A stretch of 13,621 bases of DNA from a virus (IMGVR_UViG_3300021363_000001:1-13621), one strand, 5' to 3'. Counted from the stretch's first letter, positions 6,768-13,530 are shown. Notes: generated from the letters alone by a model not told the origin. Numbers and translations are program-made.

Positions 6768-7945
6768 TGGCAGTAGAAGTGGCCCCAGCGCCAAACGTAA
6801 CACCCCCCACCCCACCTCTTGACGCCTTGAATAACATAGGCAGGAGTTTGTCTGCCCAGCGGCTCAAGACAGCGACAGTGGTAAATGAAAAAGAGCCCGT
6901 TACGGGCCCCGTTGCCACATCCTCTGCCACCCCAATTCCGGTAGCGGCACCAGAAACTCAAGCACCCTCACCTACGGCAGCTGATGACGATAAGAAAAAA
7001 CTTGAGTCAATTCCAGTACAGACAGAATCAAAAGTTGTAGTGGAACCGCCGGCAGTAGCTCCTGAAACAAAACCAGAAAAAACGGAGCCCAAAAAATTTG
7101 AGCAAAGCCAGGTTGCCGATTACTTAAAAGAGCTGGATGAGCCGGAGGTAAAACCAAAAGAAGAGAAGCCACAGGCTGCGCCACTTCCAAAAGAAGTTGA
7201 AGACGAGCTTAAAGCATACCGCTCATTAAAGAGCAACCCGCTGTATGCAGCGGTGGAGGAGATAGTAAAGAATGGCGGTGATATACGCGCCTTTGCAAAA
7301 AAGTTCGAAGTACCGGACTATGATAAGATGCTAAGCTCAGACATCTATAAAAATGAGCTGAAGAAACAGGCGCTCTCCGATGAAGAGATCAATGAGGCGA
7401 TGGAAGAGTTTAACGAGCTGCCTACACACAAACAGAAATTATTGACCAATCCTATACGTGCACAGCTGAAGAAAGACGCTGACGAGCAGACAAAAAACCT
7501 GCTGCCAGCTCCCGATCCGGCAGAGCAAAGGCGCATTGCAGAGCTACAGAGTAAGAGTGCAAATGAAGCGGTGGGCAATCTTGACCGGCTGATACAAAAA
7601 GCAGCGGACAAGGGCTACTACGGCTATGTACTTGACAAAGAAGATCAGCAAGCGATAAGGACATCGGTAATGAATAACACGCAGGTTGGCCCCGATGGAG
7701 TCTCCTACGATGTGGCTACCAGTTTTCATCAGCAGATGCGCATGAATGAAAAGATTTTCAAGAAGATGTTACGTAACGCCACAGAAATGGGCGAATACAT
7801 CGGATATGAAAAGTTCATCAAAGACCGTGTTCGCGTTGACAAAAATGAGTTCGTAGCCAACTCCGGAGGAGGTGACGGCAAGGTGTCCATCACTGATGTG
7901 ATCCGCCAGCGCGGAATTGTAACACCCATCCAGAACGGGAAATAG
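6767..7945 (+). CDS. probable capsid scaffolding protein, 392 aa
   Basis: Acidic, Pro/Ala/Thr-rich disordered N-terminus and helical E/K-rich core; directly upstream of the probable capsid gene. Confidence 0.7.
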   Translation: MAVEVAPAPNVTPPTPPLDALNNIGRSLSAQRLKTATVVNEKEPVTGPVATSSATPIPVAAPETQAPSPTAADDDKKKLESIPVQTESKVVVEPPAVAPETKPEKTEPKKFEQSQVADYLKELDEPEVKPKEEKPQAAPLPKEVEDELKAYRSLKSNPLYAAVEEIVKNGGDIRAFAKKFEVPDYDKMLSSDIYKNELKKQALSDEEINEAMEEFNELPTHKQKLLTNPIRAQLKKDADEQTKNLLPAPDPAEQRRIAELQSKSANEAVGNLDRLIQKAADKGYYGYVLDKEDQQAIRTSVMNNTQVGPDGVSYDVATSFHQQMRMNEKIFKKMLRNATEMGEYIGYEKFIKDRVRVDKNEFVANSGGGDGKVSITDVIRQRGIVTPIQNGK

Positions 7946-7976
7946 TTCTGAGGATTCAATTAAAATTTAAAAACAA

Positions 7977-9380
7977 ATGTCATTACAACCGACACCCAAC
8001 CAGTTGAGTGTAGATGGCTTGCAGAATAATTTACTTCTGAACGCTATCAACTCTCCTGATAAAGTACCTTTTACATGGGACATTTCAAACGGCTACAACC
8101 TGCTTGAGATGCTTATGTATCTTAAAGGACGCAAGCCGCGTCCGGTCTCCGGAACAGGCGGTGCCATCCAAAAGCCCATCATGGGTATCAGCCGTGTTAT
8201 TGCGCAGGTCGCAACACGCACCCTGAATGGAACCGGAACACTCACTCTGACTTTCACCGATCCCAACTACAACCTGTTCCGTTTAAAGCAAGTGTGTCTT
8301 GACGGCACTCCTTCCTCAAACGCAGGACGTGTAATTGCTTCGGCTCCCGGAACAATTACCCTTGAACCAGACGGCGCTATCAACGCAGCCGGTGGTTATG
8401 CAGTAGTAACCTCTGCCTTCCCGGTAGGTGGTTATGCTCTTGCAGCCTGGGACAACTCTGGTTTTTACGATTCAGCAGCAACACAAAGCATGTACGAGAC
8501 TCCATTCTACGTGACTGACGTGGTTGCTACTCACCGTGAATCTCTCACGCTTCGCTTAGCTGATTTCTTCAAGACATACACAACCTATGACGGTGGCTTC
8601 TGGGCTAACGGCCAGGAGATGTTTGCATACAACCGTATGAATCAAAGTAAGATTCGTAACTGGTACTTCTCAAAATTCGGAACATTCCAATCCGGACTTG
8701 AGGGAACAGTGAACTATTCTATGGGTGTTCGTCAGGCTGTGATGGATCAGTACCGTGGTGGCTATTACCAGAATTACACCAACCCACTCACTCAAAACGA
8801 TTGGGAGAACTGGCTGACAACAACTGCTGATCTTCAAAGCATCTCCGGTGGAGATACTAAGCTGAACATCTGCATGGGCCGTGAGCTTCTTCGTAGAGTT
8901 CAGTCCTTCACCGCTCCGTACATTCAGTTCGGTGGAAATACAAACACCTTCGGTGGAAATTCAGTGAAAGGATTAGATGTAAGGGAGTATTCATACGCAG
9001 GTATCAATGCCAACCTTTACCTTGATCCGGTGCTGAATGATATTCCTTCATACCCAACCGGCTCTTCTATTGTCGGCGTTGTAGGAACAATCCGTCAGAA
9101 CACATGCTTTGCTATTGACCTGGCAGATTACCAGCCAGCAGGTGGCGGTGGTGTATTACCGGCATTTGAGGAACTGTACTGGCAGGAGCTTGGACAGTCA
9201 ACTATTTTCGGATATGAGCCAGGATTAATTGGCATGAGTCAGAAAATGGGATCAGACATCTTCTCAAAAGCAAATACGTTGGCTACCAACGATTCTCCGA
9301 GCGCGAAGTTACACATCTTCGATATGAGCGGCCCTTCACTGATTGCAAACCGTTGTGGTTGGCTTGAGCCGGCTGCGTAA
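7977..9380 (+). CDS. probable major capsid protein (HK97-type with beta-rich insertion), 467 aa
   Basis: Size, position, Gly/Thr-rich insertion, ERKIFF-like helix (QSKIRNWYFSK), ..MGR.LL...Q and G..V.EY...G strands resemble capsids of Bacteroidota podoviruses and crAss-like phages. Confidence 0.8.
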   Translation: MSLQPTPNQLSVDGLQNNLLLNAINSPDKVPFTWDISNGYNLLEMLMYLKGRKPRPVSGTGGAIQKPIMGISRVIAQVATRTLNGTGTLTLTFTDPNYNLFRLKQVCLDGTPSSNAGRVIASAPGTITLEPDGAINAAGGYAVVTSAFPVGGYALAAWDNSGFYDSAATQSMYETPFYVTDVVATHRESLTLRLADFFKTYTTYDGGFWANGQEMFAYNRMNQSKIRNWYFSKFGTFQSGLEGTVNYSMGVRQAVMDQYRGGYYQNYTNPLTQNDWENWLTTTADLQSISGGDTKLNICMGRELLRRVQSFTAPYIQFGGNTNTFGGNSVKGLDVREYSYAGINANLYLDPVLNDIPSYPTGSSIVGVVGTIRQNTCFAIDLADYQPAGGGGVLPAFEELYWQELGQSTIFGYEPGLIGMSQKMGSDIFSKANTLATNDSPSAKLHIFDMSGPSLIANRCGWLEPAA

Positions 9381-9422
9381 ATATAGTTTACAATCTAAAT
9401 TACAATTTAATATATAATATCA

Positions 9423-10190
9423 ATGAATATCAATAGTTCATATAACGTAATCACTCCCGCAGCCGCTGGCTCTGACGTTGTGGTAACCGGTACGATCATG
9501 AGTATCACTGGTGCTCCACCGATTGACGTGCGCTGGATTCTGAATAACGTCTACCACGCATTGCCGGTTGCTGAAACGCCAGCTCAGTGGACTTCTACTG
9601 TTGTGGCTCCTGTTGCAGCGCAGACCTACGGGTTTAAAATGCAGCAGATTCTTCCTGAGACATCACCAGTGCTTCCATTTGCGTTTGGTCTTCCAACGAC
9701 ACCGCTGACAAACACAGTTGCAGGAACAGTGTTCCACACTGTTATCGCTGCTGGTGAAACTGCCACTCAAACAACAACTGCCCTGAACCTGGGCGTAACA
9801 GGCTACACTGATCCTTCGATTGGTTTCCGTCTGGCATCGCACATTCAGGCAGCTGGTGTTATTACTTTCATTGCTGCAGCTGGTTACCCGCTGTTCTCAA
9901 TGACAAACGTGAGTCCGAATGGTGGAGTACTGACACTGGTAAACACAGTTCCCGGAGTAGCATCAAGAGGAACAGTTGGCGACTTGACACGTCAAGGCGT
10001 TAACCCGGCCCTGTTAACTGCAGGGGCTTCTTATGGTGAAATTCAGATTAACTTCTACACTGAGACTCAAGGTGGAGTTATGGATTCTGTGCATCTGTAC
10101 ACGCATACAATATATGCGCTGGACAACGGAGCTAACCTGACTGCGTTCTTCTCTGCTGTACAAACAGCTATTGGAGCGCTCTGGGTATAA
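9423..10190 (+). CDS. probable capsid decoration/auxiliary protein, 255 aa
   Basis: T/A/G/V-rich, charge-poor, beta-type composition; follows the capsid gene and precedes a terminator. Confidence 0.6.
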   Translation: MNINSSYNVITPAAAGSDVVVTGTIMSITGAPPIDVRWILNNVYHALPVAETPAQWTSTVVAPVAAQTYGFKMQQILPETSPVLPFAFGLPTTPLTNTVAGTVFHTVIAAGETATQTTTALNLGVTGYTDPSIGFRLASHIQAAGVITFIAAAGYPLFSMTNVSPNGGVLTLVNTVPGVASRGTVGDLTRQGVNPALLTAGASYGEIQINFYTETQGGVMDSVHLYTHTIYALDNGANLTAFFSAVQTAIGALWV

Positions 10191-10200
10191 CAATGAAAAG

Positions 10201-10232
10201 AAACATCGCATCCCGTAAGATGCATGTTTTTT
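10201..10232 (+). terminator. intrinsic terminator
   Basis: AAACAT(c)GCATC-ccgtaa-GATGC ATGTTT followed by a T-tract. Confidence 0.7.
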
Positions 10233-10257
10233 ATTATAAACCAAAAAACCATATTTA

Positions 10258-11331
10258 ATGAAACATGAAATTATTATCCGGATGCTTGAGCCGGTGATCC
10301 ACAAGACTCCTCTTGCACGCAGCTATTCAACAGGGAACATCATGAAAGTTCTCACATCTGACAACAAGATCGAGGAGTTTTCAAGTTCAGAATATCTGGC
10401 GCGCGCGAGCACCAACAACCCTCTTCCCATTGCCTGGAGTAAGCCTATTGATTTTGGCGTTCTCTCAAGCATGGAACACCGCTTTACCTATGAGACATTC
10501 ATTGATAAGGACGGATACGAGGTGGGCATTGACACCCAGAACAAGGATTTAAAAAAGGCTTATGAAGAGTTCTGGTGTAAGCATCCAAACACTGTTGTTA
10601 ACGGTGTAGGTCATGCCAATACAAAAAATCCGCTGTTCAATTTGATTGATACCACAGCACAGACCATCCAGGGACTTGTTGACTACGACAATAAACTTCG
10701 TATCGCCAACCGTATCCAGGAGATGAGCTTTGATGAAAAGCGTGACGTGATGTATTTCTTTGGCAAGAGTCCAGTTGGAAAACTGGACGGTGAGTTAAAG
10801 ATGCTGCTTGCTGATTTCACTACCGGCCTGTGCTTCCAGGGAGCCAACACAGAAAAGTTTTTAGCTGTGTGGATGAATGCGTCTTCTCATCCGGATCGTG
10901 ACATGCGTGTTACACTTCGTAAAGCCATCGAGCTGAATGTTATTCAGAACAATCCGAAAAATGGTCTTGAGAGTTATTACCTGGGACAATCACCAATCGG
11001 TAATTCCATTGATGATTTGATCGGGTACTTCAAAAAAGAAGATGCGCTGTTCAAGGAATTCGTTGAAAGAGTAGTTCACGACAAGGAAGATATTTCTCTT
11101 GAAGCTGACAACAGCCTGATACTTGATAAGGCGGTGAGTAAAGGAAAACTTGGCGTAATGAATGATGGTGAGATCACCGATCTTCGGCGTCAGGCAAAAC
11201 AACTCAAGGACGAAGGATTTATTGACAAGGGCTTCAACCATCACTCAGCAAAAGTTGTGCGTCTGATGGAAGAGATTGAAAAAGGCAGCAAGCTGAAGCA
11301 GGAAAAAGAACGCGCTGCAGTAACTAATTAA
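10258..11331 (+). CDS. conserved capsid-module protein, 357 aa, function unknown
   Basis: RVTLRKAIELNVI...YYLGQSPIGNSIDDLIGYFK resembles the protein encoded after the capsid gene in crAss-like phages (recalled, not searched). Confidence 0.6.
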   Translation: MKHEIIIRMLEPVIHKTPLARSYSTGNIMKVLTSDNKIEEFSSSEYLARASTNNPLPIAWSKPIDFGVLSSMEHRFTYETFIDKDGYEVGIDTQNKDLKKAYEEFWCKHPNTVVNGVGHANTKNPLFNLIDTTAQTIQGLVDYDNKLRIANRIQEMSFDEKRDVMYFFGKSPVGKLDGELKMLLADFTTGLCFQGANTEKFLAVWMNASSHPDRDMRVTLRKAIELNVIQNNPKNGLESYYLGQSPIGNSIDDLIGYFKKEDALFKEFVERVVHDKEDISLEADNSLILDKAVSKGKLGVMNDGEITDLRRQAKQLKDEGFIDKGFNHHSAKVVRLMEEIEKGSKLKQEKERAAVTN

Positions 11332-11353
11332 TAATTGTTTGTTTTCGAGTTTT

Positions 11354-11387
11354 CCATATTGATACCACCAGGAATTAAAGGGCCTGG
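11354..11387 (+). terminator. intrinsic terminator
   Basis: ACCACCAGG-N10-CCTGGTGGT followed by TTATTT. Confidence 0.65.
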
Positions 11388-11410
11388 TGGTTTATTTAAA
11401 AAAAAGTAAA

Positions 11411-11809
11411 ATGAAAAAATTATCATTCCTTATTATCATGCTGCTTGCAGTAGCAACAGCCAGCGCCCAGTGCGCAGCTCCGGATGTCAAAAGCGCTAAG
11501 TCGTCAAAAGACACCTATACAGTAACCATTAATTATCCAGGAGGCATCGGAGGGTACGATGTGCTGTGGACGAAAATGCCATCAGGCGAAAACGTACTTG
11601 TCCCCTGCCAGGGGCAGAGAAAATTCACTCCTCACAGTGATGTGTGGGAGATTGCAATTACAAATCAATTAGCGCCAGGTTCTCCATTCTATGGAATCAA
11701 AGACGGTGACCAAATAAAAATTCGCGCTCATTGCACTGTGCCGGCAAACTGCTATACCGATACCAACGTTGGAACTTTCACTGTGCAGTACACTGTGAAG
11801 TTTAAATAG
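11411..11809 (+). CDS. exported protein with Sec signal peptide and FN3-like domain, 132 aa (start revised)
   Basis: MKKLSFLIIMLLAVATASA|Q signal with Gln+1; CxAP...YDV.W...IKIRAHC pattern typical of Bacteroidota FN3-like domains. Confidence 0.7.
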   Translation: MKKLSFLIIMLLAVATASAQCAAPDVKSAKSSKDTYTVTINYPGGIGGYDVLWTKMPSGENVLVPCQGQRKFTPHSDVWEIAITNQLAPGSPFYGIKDGDQIKIRAHCTVPANCYTDTNVGTFTVQYTVKFK

Positions 11810-11850
11810 CTACCTTTCCGACCTGTTCTTCATATTAGATTTTGTTTAAG

Positions 11851-11882
11851 AACCGCGCTGATTACGCCAGCGCGGTTTTTTT
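11851..11882 (+). terminator. intrinsic terminator
   Basis: 10-bp stem AACCGCGCTG/CAGCGCGGTT, 7-nt loop, T7 tract. Confidence 0.85.
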
Positions 11883-11889
11883 ATATTTG
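11882..11889 (+). promoter_or_regulatory. -7 promoter element TATATTTG
   Basis: Exact TAnnTTTG match 4 nt before the ATG at 11894; no clear -33 box. Confidence 0.5.
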
Positions 11890-11893
11890 AACC

Positions 11894-12280
11894 ATGAAAA
11901 TATTTCTTGATGACGTGCGGGAGCCAGCTGATTGTATTGGTTATATGTATAGAAGAATTGGTAAAGACAATTTACTTTATATCGAAAAGTGGTGCGTAGT
12001 GAGAAATTATTTTTCATTTATTGGACTGGTTCAGCTCTGTCAAGAAAATAATATTGAGATTACCCACATTTCTTTTGATCATGATCTTGGCTATGTCATG
12101 ACTGAAGACCAGGGCAAAATTATTATTGCCGATGATTACAAAGAAGAAGACAAGACAGGATTGGACTGCGCTAAATTTATAAAGGAATTGTATCAGCGCG
12201 AAGGAAAAAAATTACCAATAATGTTTGTCCACTCAATGAATCCTGTTGGCACCCAACACATCATTGATCTTTTTAAATAG
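11894..12280 (+). CDS. cyclic-phosphate-processing receiver-domain-like protein, 128 aa
   Basis: IFLDDVREP...ISFDHDLG...TGLDCAKFI...VHSMNPVG...I matches the stand-alone receiver-like family linked to RNA repair systems. Confidence 0.8.
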   Translation: MKIFLDDVREPADCIGYMYRRIGKDNLLYIEKWCVVRNYFSFIGLVQLCQENNIEITHISFDHDLGYVMTEDQGKIIIADDYKEEDKTGLDCAKFIKELYQREGKKLPIMFVHSMNPVGTQHIIDLFK

Positions 12281-12351
12281 TGGGATAAGTAAGACTCGAA
12301 CTTACGTGGTTCAGATTTACAGTCTGTCCTTGCTGCCCCGGCATTTATCCC
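12281..12351 (-). tRNA. tRNA-Tyr(GTA), atypical (weak D-arm, no long variable arm)
   Basis: Acceptor GGGATAA/TTATCCC, A73; CAGA-CTGTAAA-TCTG; T-arm GTAAG-TTCGAGT-CTTAC. Confidence 0.65.
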
Positions 12352-12356
12352 AATAG

Positions 12357-12441
12357 CGGAAAGTTGAGCATCGAAGCCCCTACTTGTGAGTAGTCATCCT
12401 TGTTTTCAAGACAAGTTGAATCACCTGATTCGAAACCTTCC
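12357..12441 (-). tRNA. tRNA-Ser(TGA), 8/4 acceptor/T-stem type
   Basis: GGAAGGTT/AACTTTCC, G73; CTTGT-CTTGAAA-ACAAG; long variable arm; T-stem GGGC/GCTC with a 6-nt loop. Confidence 0.75.
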
Positions 12442-12444
12442 AAG

Positions 12445-12515
12445 AGACTACAGCTGGAGTCCAACCAGCTACTCAGGGTTTGCAATCCTGCACCAATGCG
12501 ATTGGTCTTGTAGTC
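12445..12515 (-). tRNA. tRNA-Cys(GCA), atypical D- and T-loops
   Basis: GACTACA/TGTAGTC with U73 (Cys identity); CAGG-A-TTGCAAA-C-CCTG; T-arm GCTGG-TTGGACT-CCAGC. Confidence 0.75.
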
Positions 12516-12523
12516 TATTAAAG

Positions 12524-12608
12524 CGGAAAGCAGAGTAGTCGAAACCCATCCCCTTTCGGGGACGATTTGCTTAGCAAGCAATCTCAGCTCCTCGCTGATT
12601 TACTTTCC
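12524..12608 (-). tRNA. tRNA-Ser(GCT), 8/4 acceptor/T-stem type
   Basis: GGAAAGTA/TGCTTTCC, G73; TTGC-TTGCTAA-GCAA; variable arm TCCCC-GAAA-GGGGA; GGGT-TTCGACT-ACTC. Confidence 0.85.
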
Positions 12609-12609
12609 G

Positions 12610-12681
12610 TGCGAATGTTTGGAATCGAACCAATCCTCACGCTCTTCAGGCGTGCGCTTCTACCAAGTTAGCTTCATCCGC
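12610..12681 (-). tRNA. tRNA-Phe(GAA)
   Basis: GCGGATG/CATTCGC, A73; CACGC-CTGAAGA-GCGTG; TTGG-TTCGATT-CCAA. Confidence 0.9.
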
Positions 12682-12690
12682 AAAATTCAT

Positions 12691-12743
12691 AATGTTTAAT
12701 ATCCTGAACAAAACACCTGCTTTTGTACATTATATTAAACATT
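12691..12743. repeat. AT-rich inverted repeat / long hairpin between tRNA-Leu and tRNA-Phe
   Basis: AATGTTTAATAT (12691-12702) / ATATTAAACATT (12732-12743) with an inner imperfect stem. Confidence 0.8.
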
Positions 12744-12744
12744 G

Positions 12745-12824
12745 TAGGCGTAGTGGGAATCGAACCCACAAGCCGAAGCACAGGTTTTTAAGACCTGCAT
12801 GTTTACCTATTTCATCACACGCCT
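12745..12824 (-). tRNA. tRNA-Leu(TAA)
   Basis: AGGCGTG/TACGCCT, A73; CAGGT-CTTAAAA-ACCTG; short class II arm; GTGGG-TTCGATT-CCCAC. Confidence 0.95.
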
Positions 12825-12825
12825 G

Positions 12826-12906
12826 TCCCGGATGAGGGAGTCGAACCCCCACGCTTTACGCACCAGTTTCTAAAACTGGCGTGGCTACCAATTACACCAA
12901 TCCGGG
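12826..12906 (-). tRNA. tRNA-Leu(TAG)
   Basis: CCCGGAT/ATCCGGG, A73; CCAGT-TTTAGAA-ACTGG; GGGGG-TTCGACT-CCCTC. Confidence 0.95.
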
Positions 12907-12910
12907 AAAT

Positions 12911-12940
12911 AAAAAAAGCCCCCTGTTTCCAGGAGGCTTT
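12911..12940 (-). terminator. attenuator terminator directly upstream of the tRNA array
   Basis: AAAGCCUCCUG-GAAA-CAGGGGGCUUU plus a U7 tract ending 4 nt before tRNA-Leu(TAG). Confidence 0.9.
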
Positions 12941-12967
12941 CATATGCACGTTCTTTTTTTAGACTTT

Positions 12968-13045
12968 CTAATGATCAAGCAATGCATGGCCTCCCGCTGT
13001 TGTGAGCGAATAACTAAAGGAGAGACATAACAAATTTTTGATCAT
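12968..13045 (-). CDS. 25-aa attenuator leader peptide MIKNLLCLSFSYSLTTAGGHALLDH (not in ORF track)
   Basis: Lies between a promoter and the terminator; codons 5-14 are only L/C/S/F/Y; contains the antiterminator strand GGGAGGC. Confidence 0.8.
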   Translation of the reverse strand: MIKNLLCLSFSYSLTTAGGHALLDH

Positions 13046-13049
13046 GGGG

Positions 13050-13080
13050 AAAATGTAATTAATTCATATAACGGTACAAA
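13050..13080 (-). promoter_or_regulatory. promoter for the leader and tRNA array
   Basis: TTTG (13080-13077) - N19 - TACATTTT (13057-13050, one mismatch to TAnnTTTG); ATG 4 nt downstream. Confidence 0.6.
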
Positions 13081-13102
13081 AAAAAATTTGTTACTTTGTG
13101 AT

Positions 13103-13363
13103 ATGGGACAGGTTGAGATGTATGAGACCATCACCGGAGAGATGCTGCCAGTGAAAAAGAAAAAAACAAATCCGCTGCTGAAGGCCTACGGCCCAGGGCC
13201 AGAAGGGAAAAAGTGCGGCCAGTGTGAGCATCACTATTTTAAGAGAATGTCAAAAAGCTATCCCAAGTGCGCGTTGCGAAAAAATACCTGCGGCCCAAAA
13301 ACAGATCACAGCAGCCGCTTTCCAGCTTGTGGAAAATTTATTTTAGAAAATCCTTGCATATAA
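13103..13363 (+). CDS. Cys-rich putative metal-binding protein, 86 aa (start revised to MGQVEM)
   Basis: YGPGPEGKKCGQCEH...KC...TDH...ACGKF pattern; preceded by TTACTTTG-N4. Confidence 0.75.
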   Translation: MGQVEMYETITGEMLPVKKKKTNPLLKAYGPGPEGKKCGQCEHHYFKRMSKSYPKCALRKNTCGPKTDHSSRFPACGKFILENPCI

Positions 13364-13384
13364 AGAAACTTCTTTTTTCATTTG
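13354..13384 (+). promoter_or_regulatory. possible promoter for the second leader
   Basis: TTG (13354-13356) - N20 - TTCATTTG (13377-13384, one mismatch). Confidence 0.35.
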
Positions 13385-13412
13385 CAGTTCAATAAAAGAA
13401 AAAACATCTTCA

Positions 13413-13499
13413 ATGTTCAAAGTAAGAAATACAGAGAAAACGTGGTGCACCGATGGTGGCATGGCGATAGCTGTGATTAATACCGGATCAGGGGGATAA
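13413..13499 (+). CDS. 28-aa putative attenuator leader peptide MFKVRNTEKTWCTDGGMAIAVINTGSGG (not in ORF track)
   Basis: Ends 31 nt before a terminator that precedes tRNA-Trp; its last codons complement the terminator 5' strand. Confidence 0.7.
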   Translation: MFKVRNTEKTWCTDGGMAIAVINTGSGG

Positions 13500-13530
13500 C
13501 GACTTTTGCATATTAACAATTTAGCAAGCG

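Noticed and set aside
9340-9423. Frameshift-extended capsid isoform
   Set aside because: No slippery site is visible near the capsid stop, and the next gene has its own A-rich start.
6697-11244. Minus-strand ORFs 6697, 6749, 6972, 7345, 7452, 7544, 7729, 10014, 10067 and 10990
   Set aside because: They are antisense to long plus-strand structural genes.
12345-12581. 78-aa minus-strand ORF
   Set aside because: It runs through three tRNA cloverleafs, so it is incidental.
12281-12906. tRNA as an integration (att) site
   Set aside because: No integrase and no duplicated tRNA 3' end are found in the window.
12911-13080. T-box or metabolite riboswitch as the explanation for the terminator
   Set aside because: No T-box motif or recognisable aptamer is present, and the short leader is filled by the ORF and its alternative helices.
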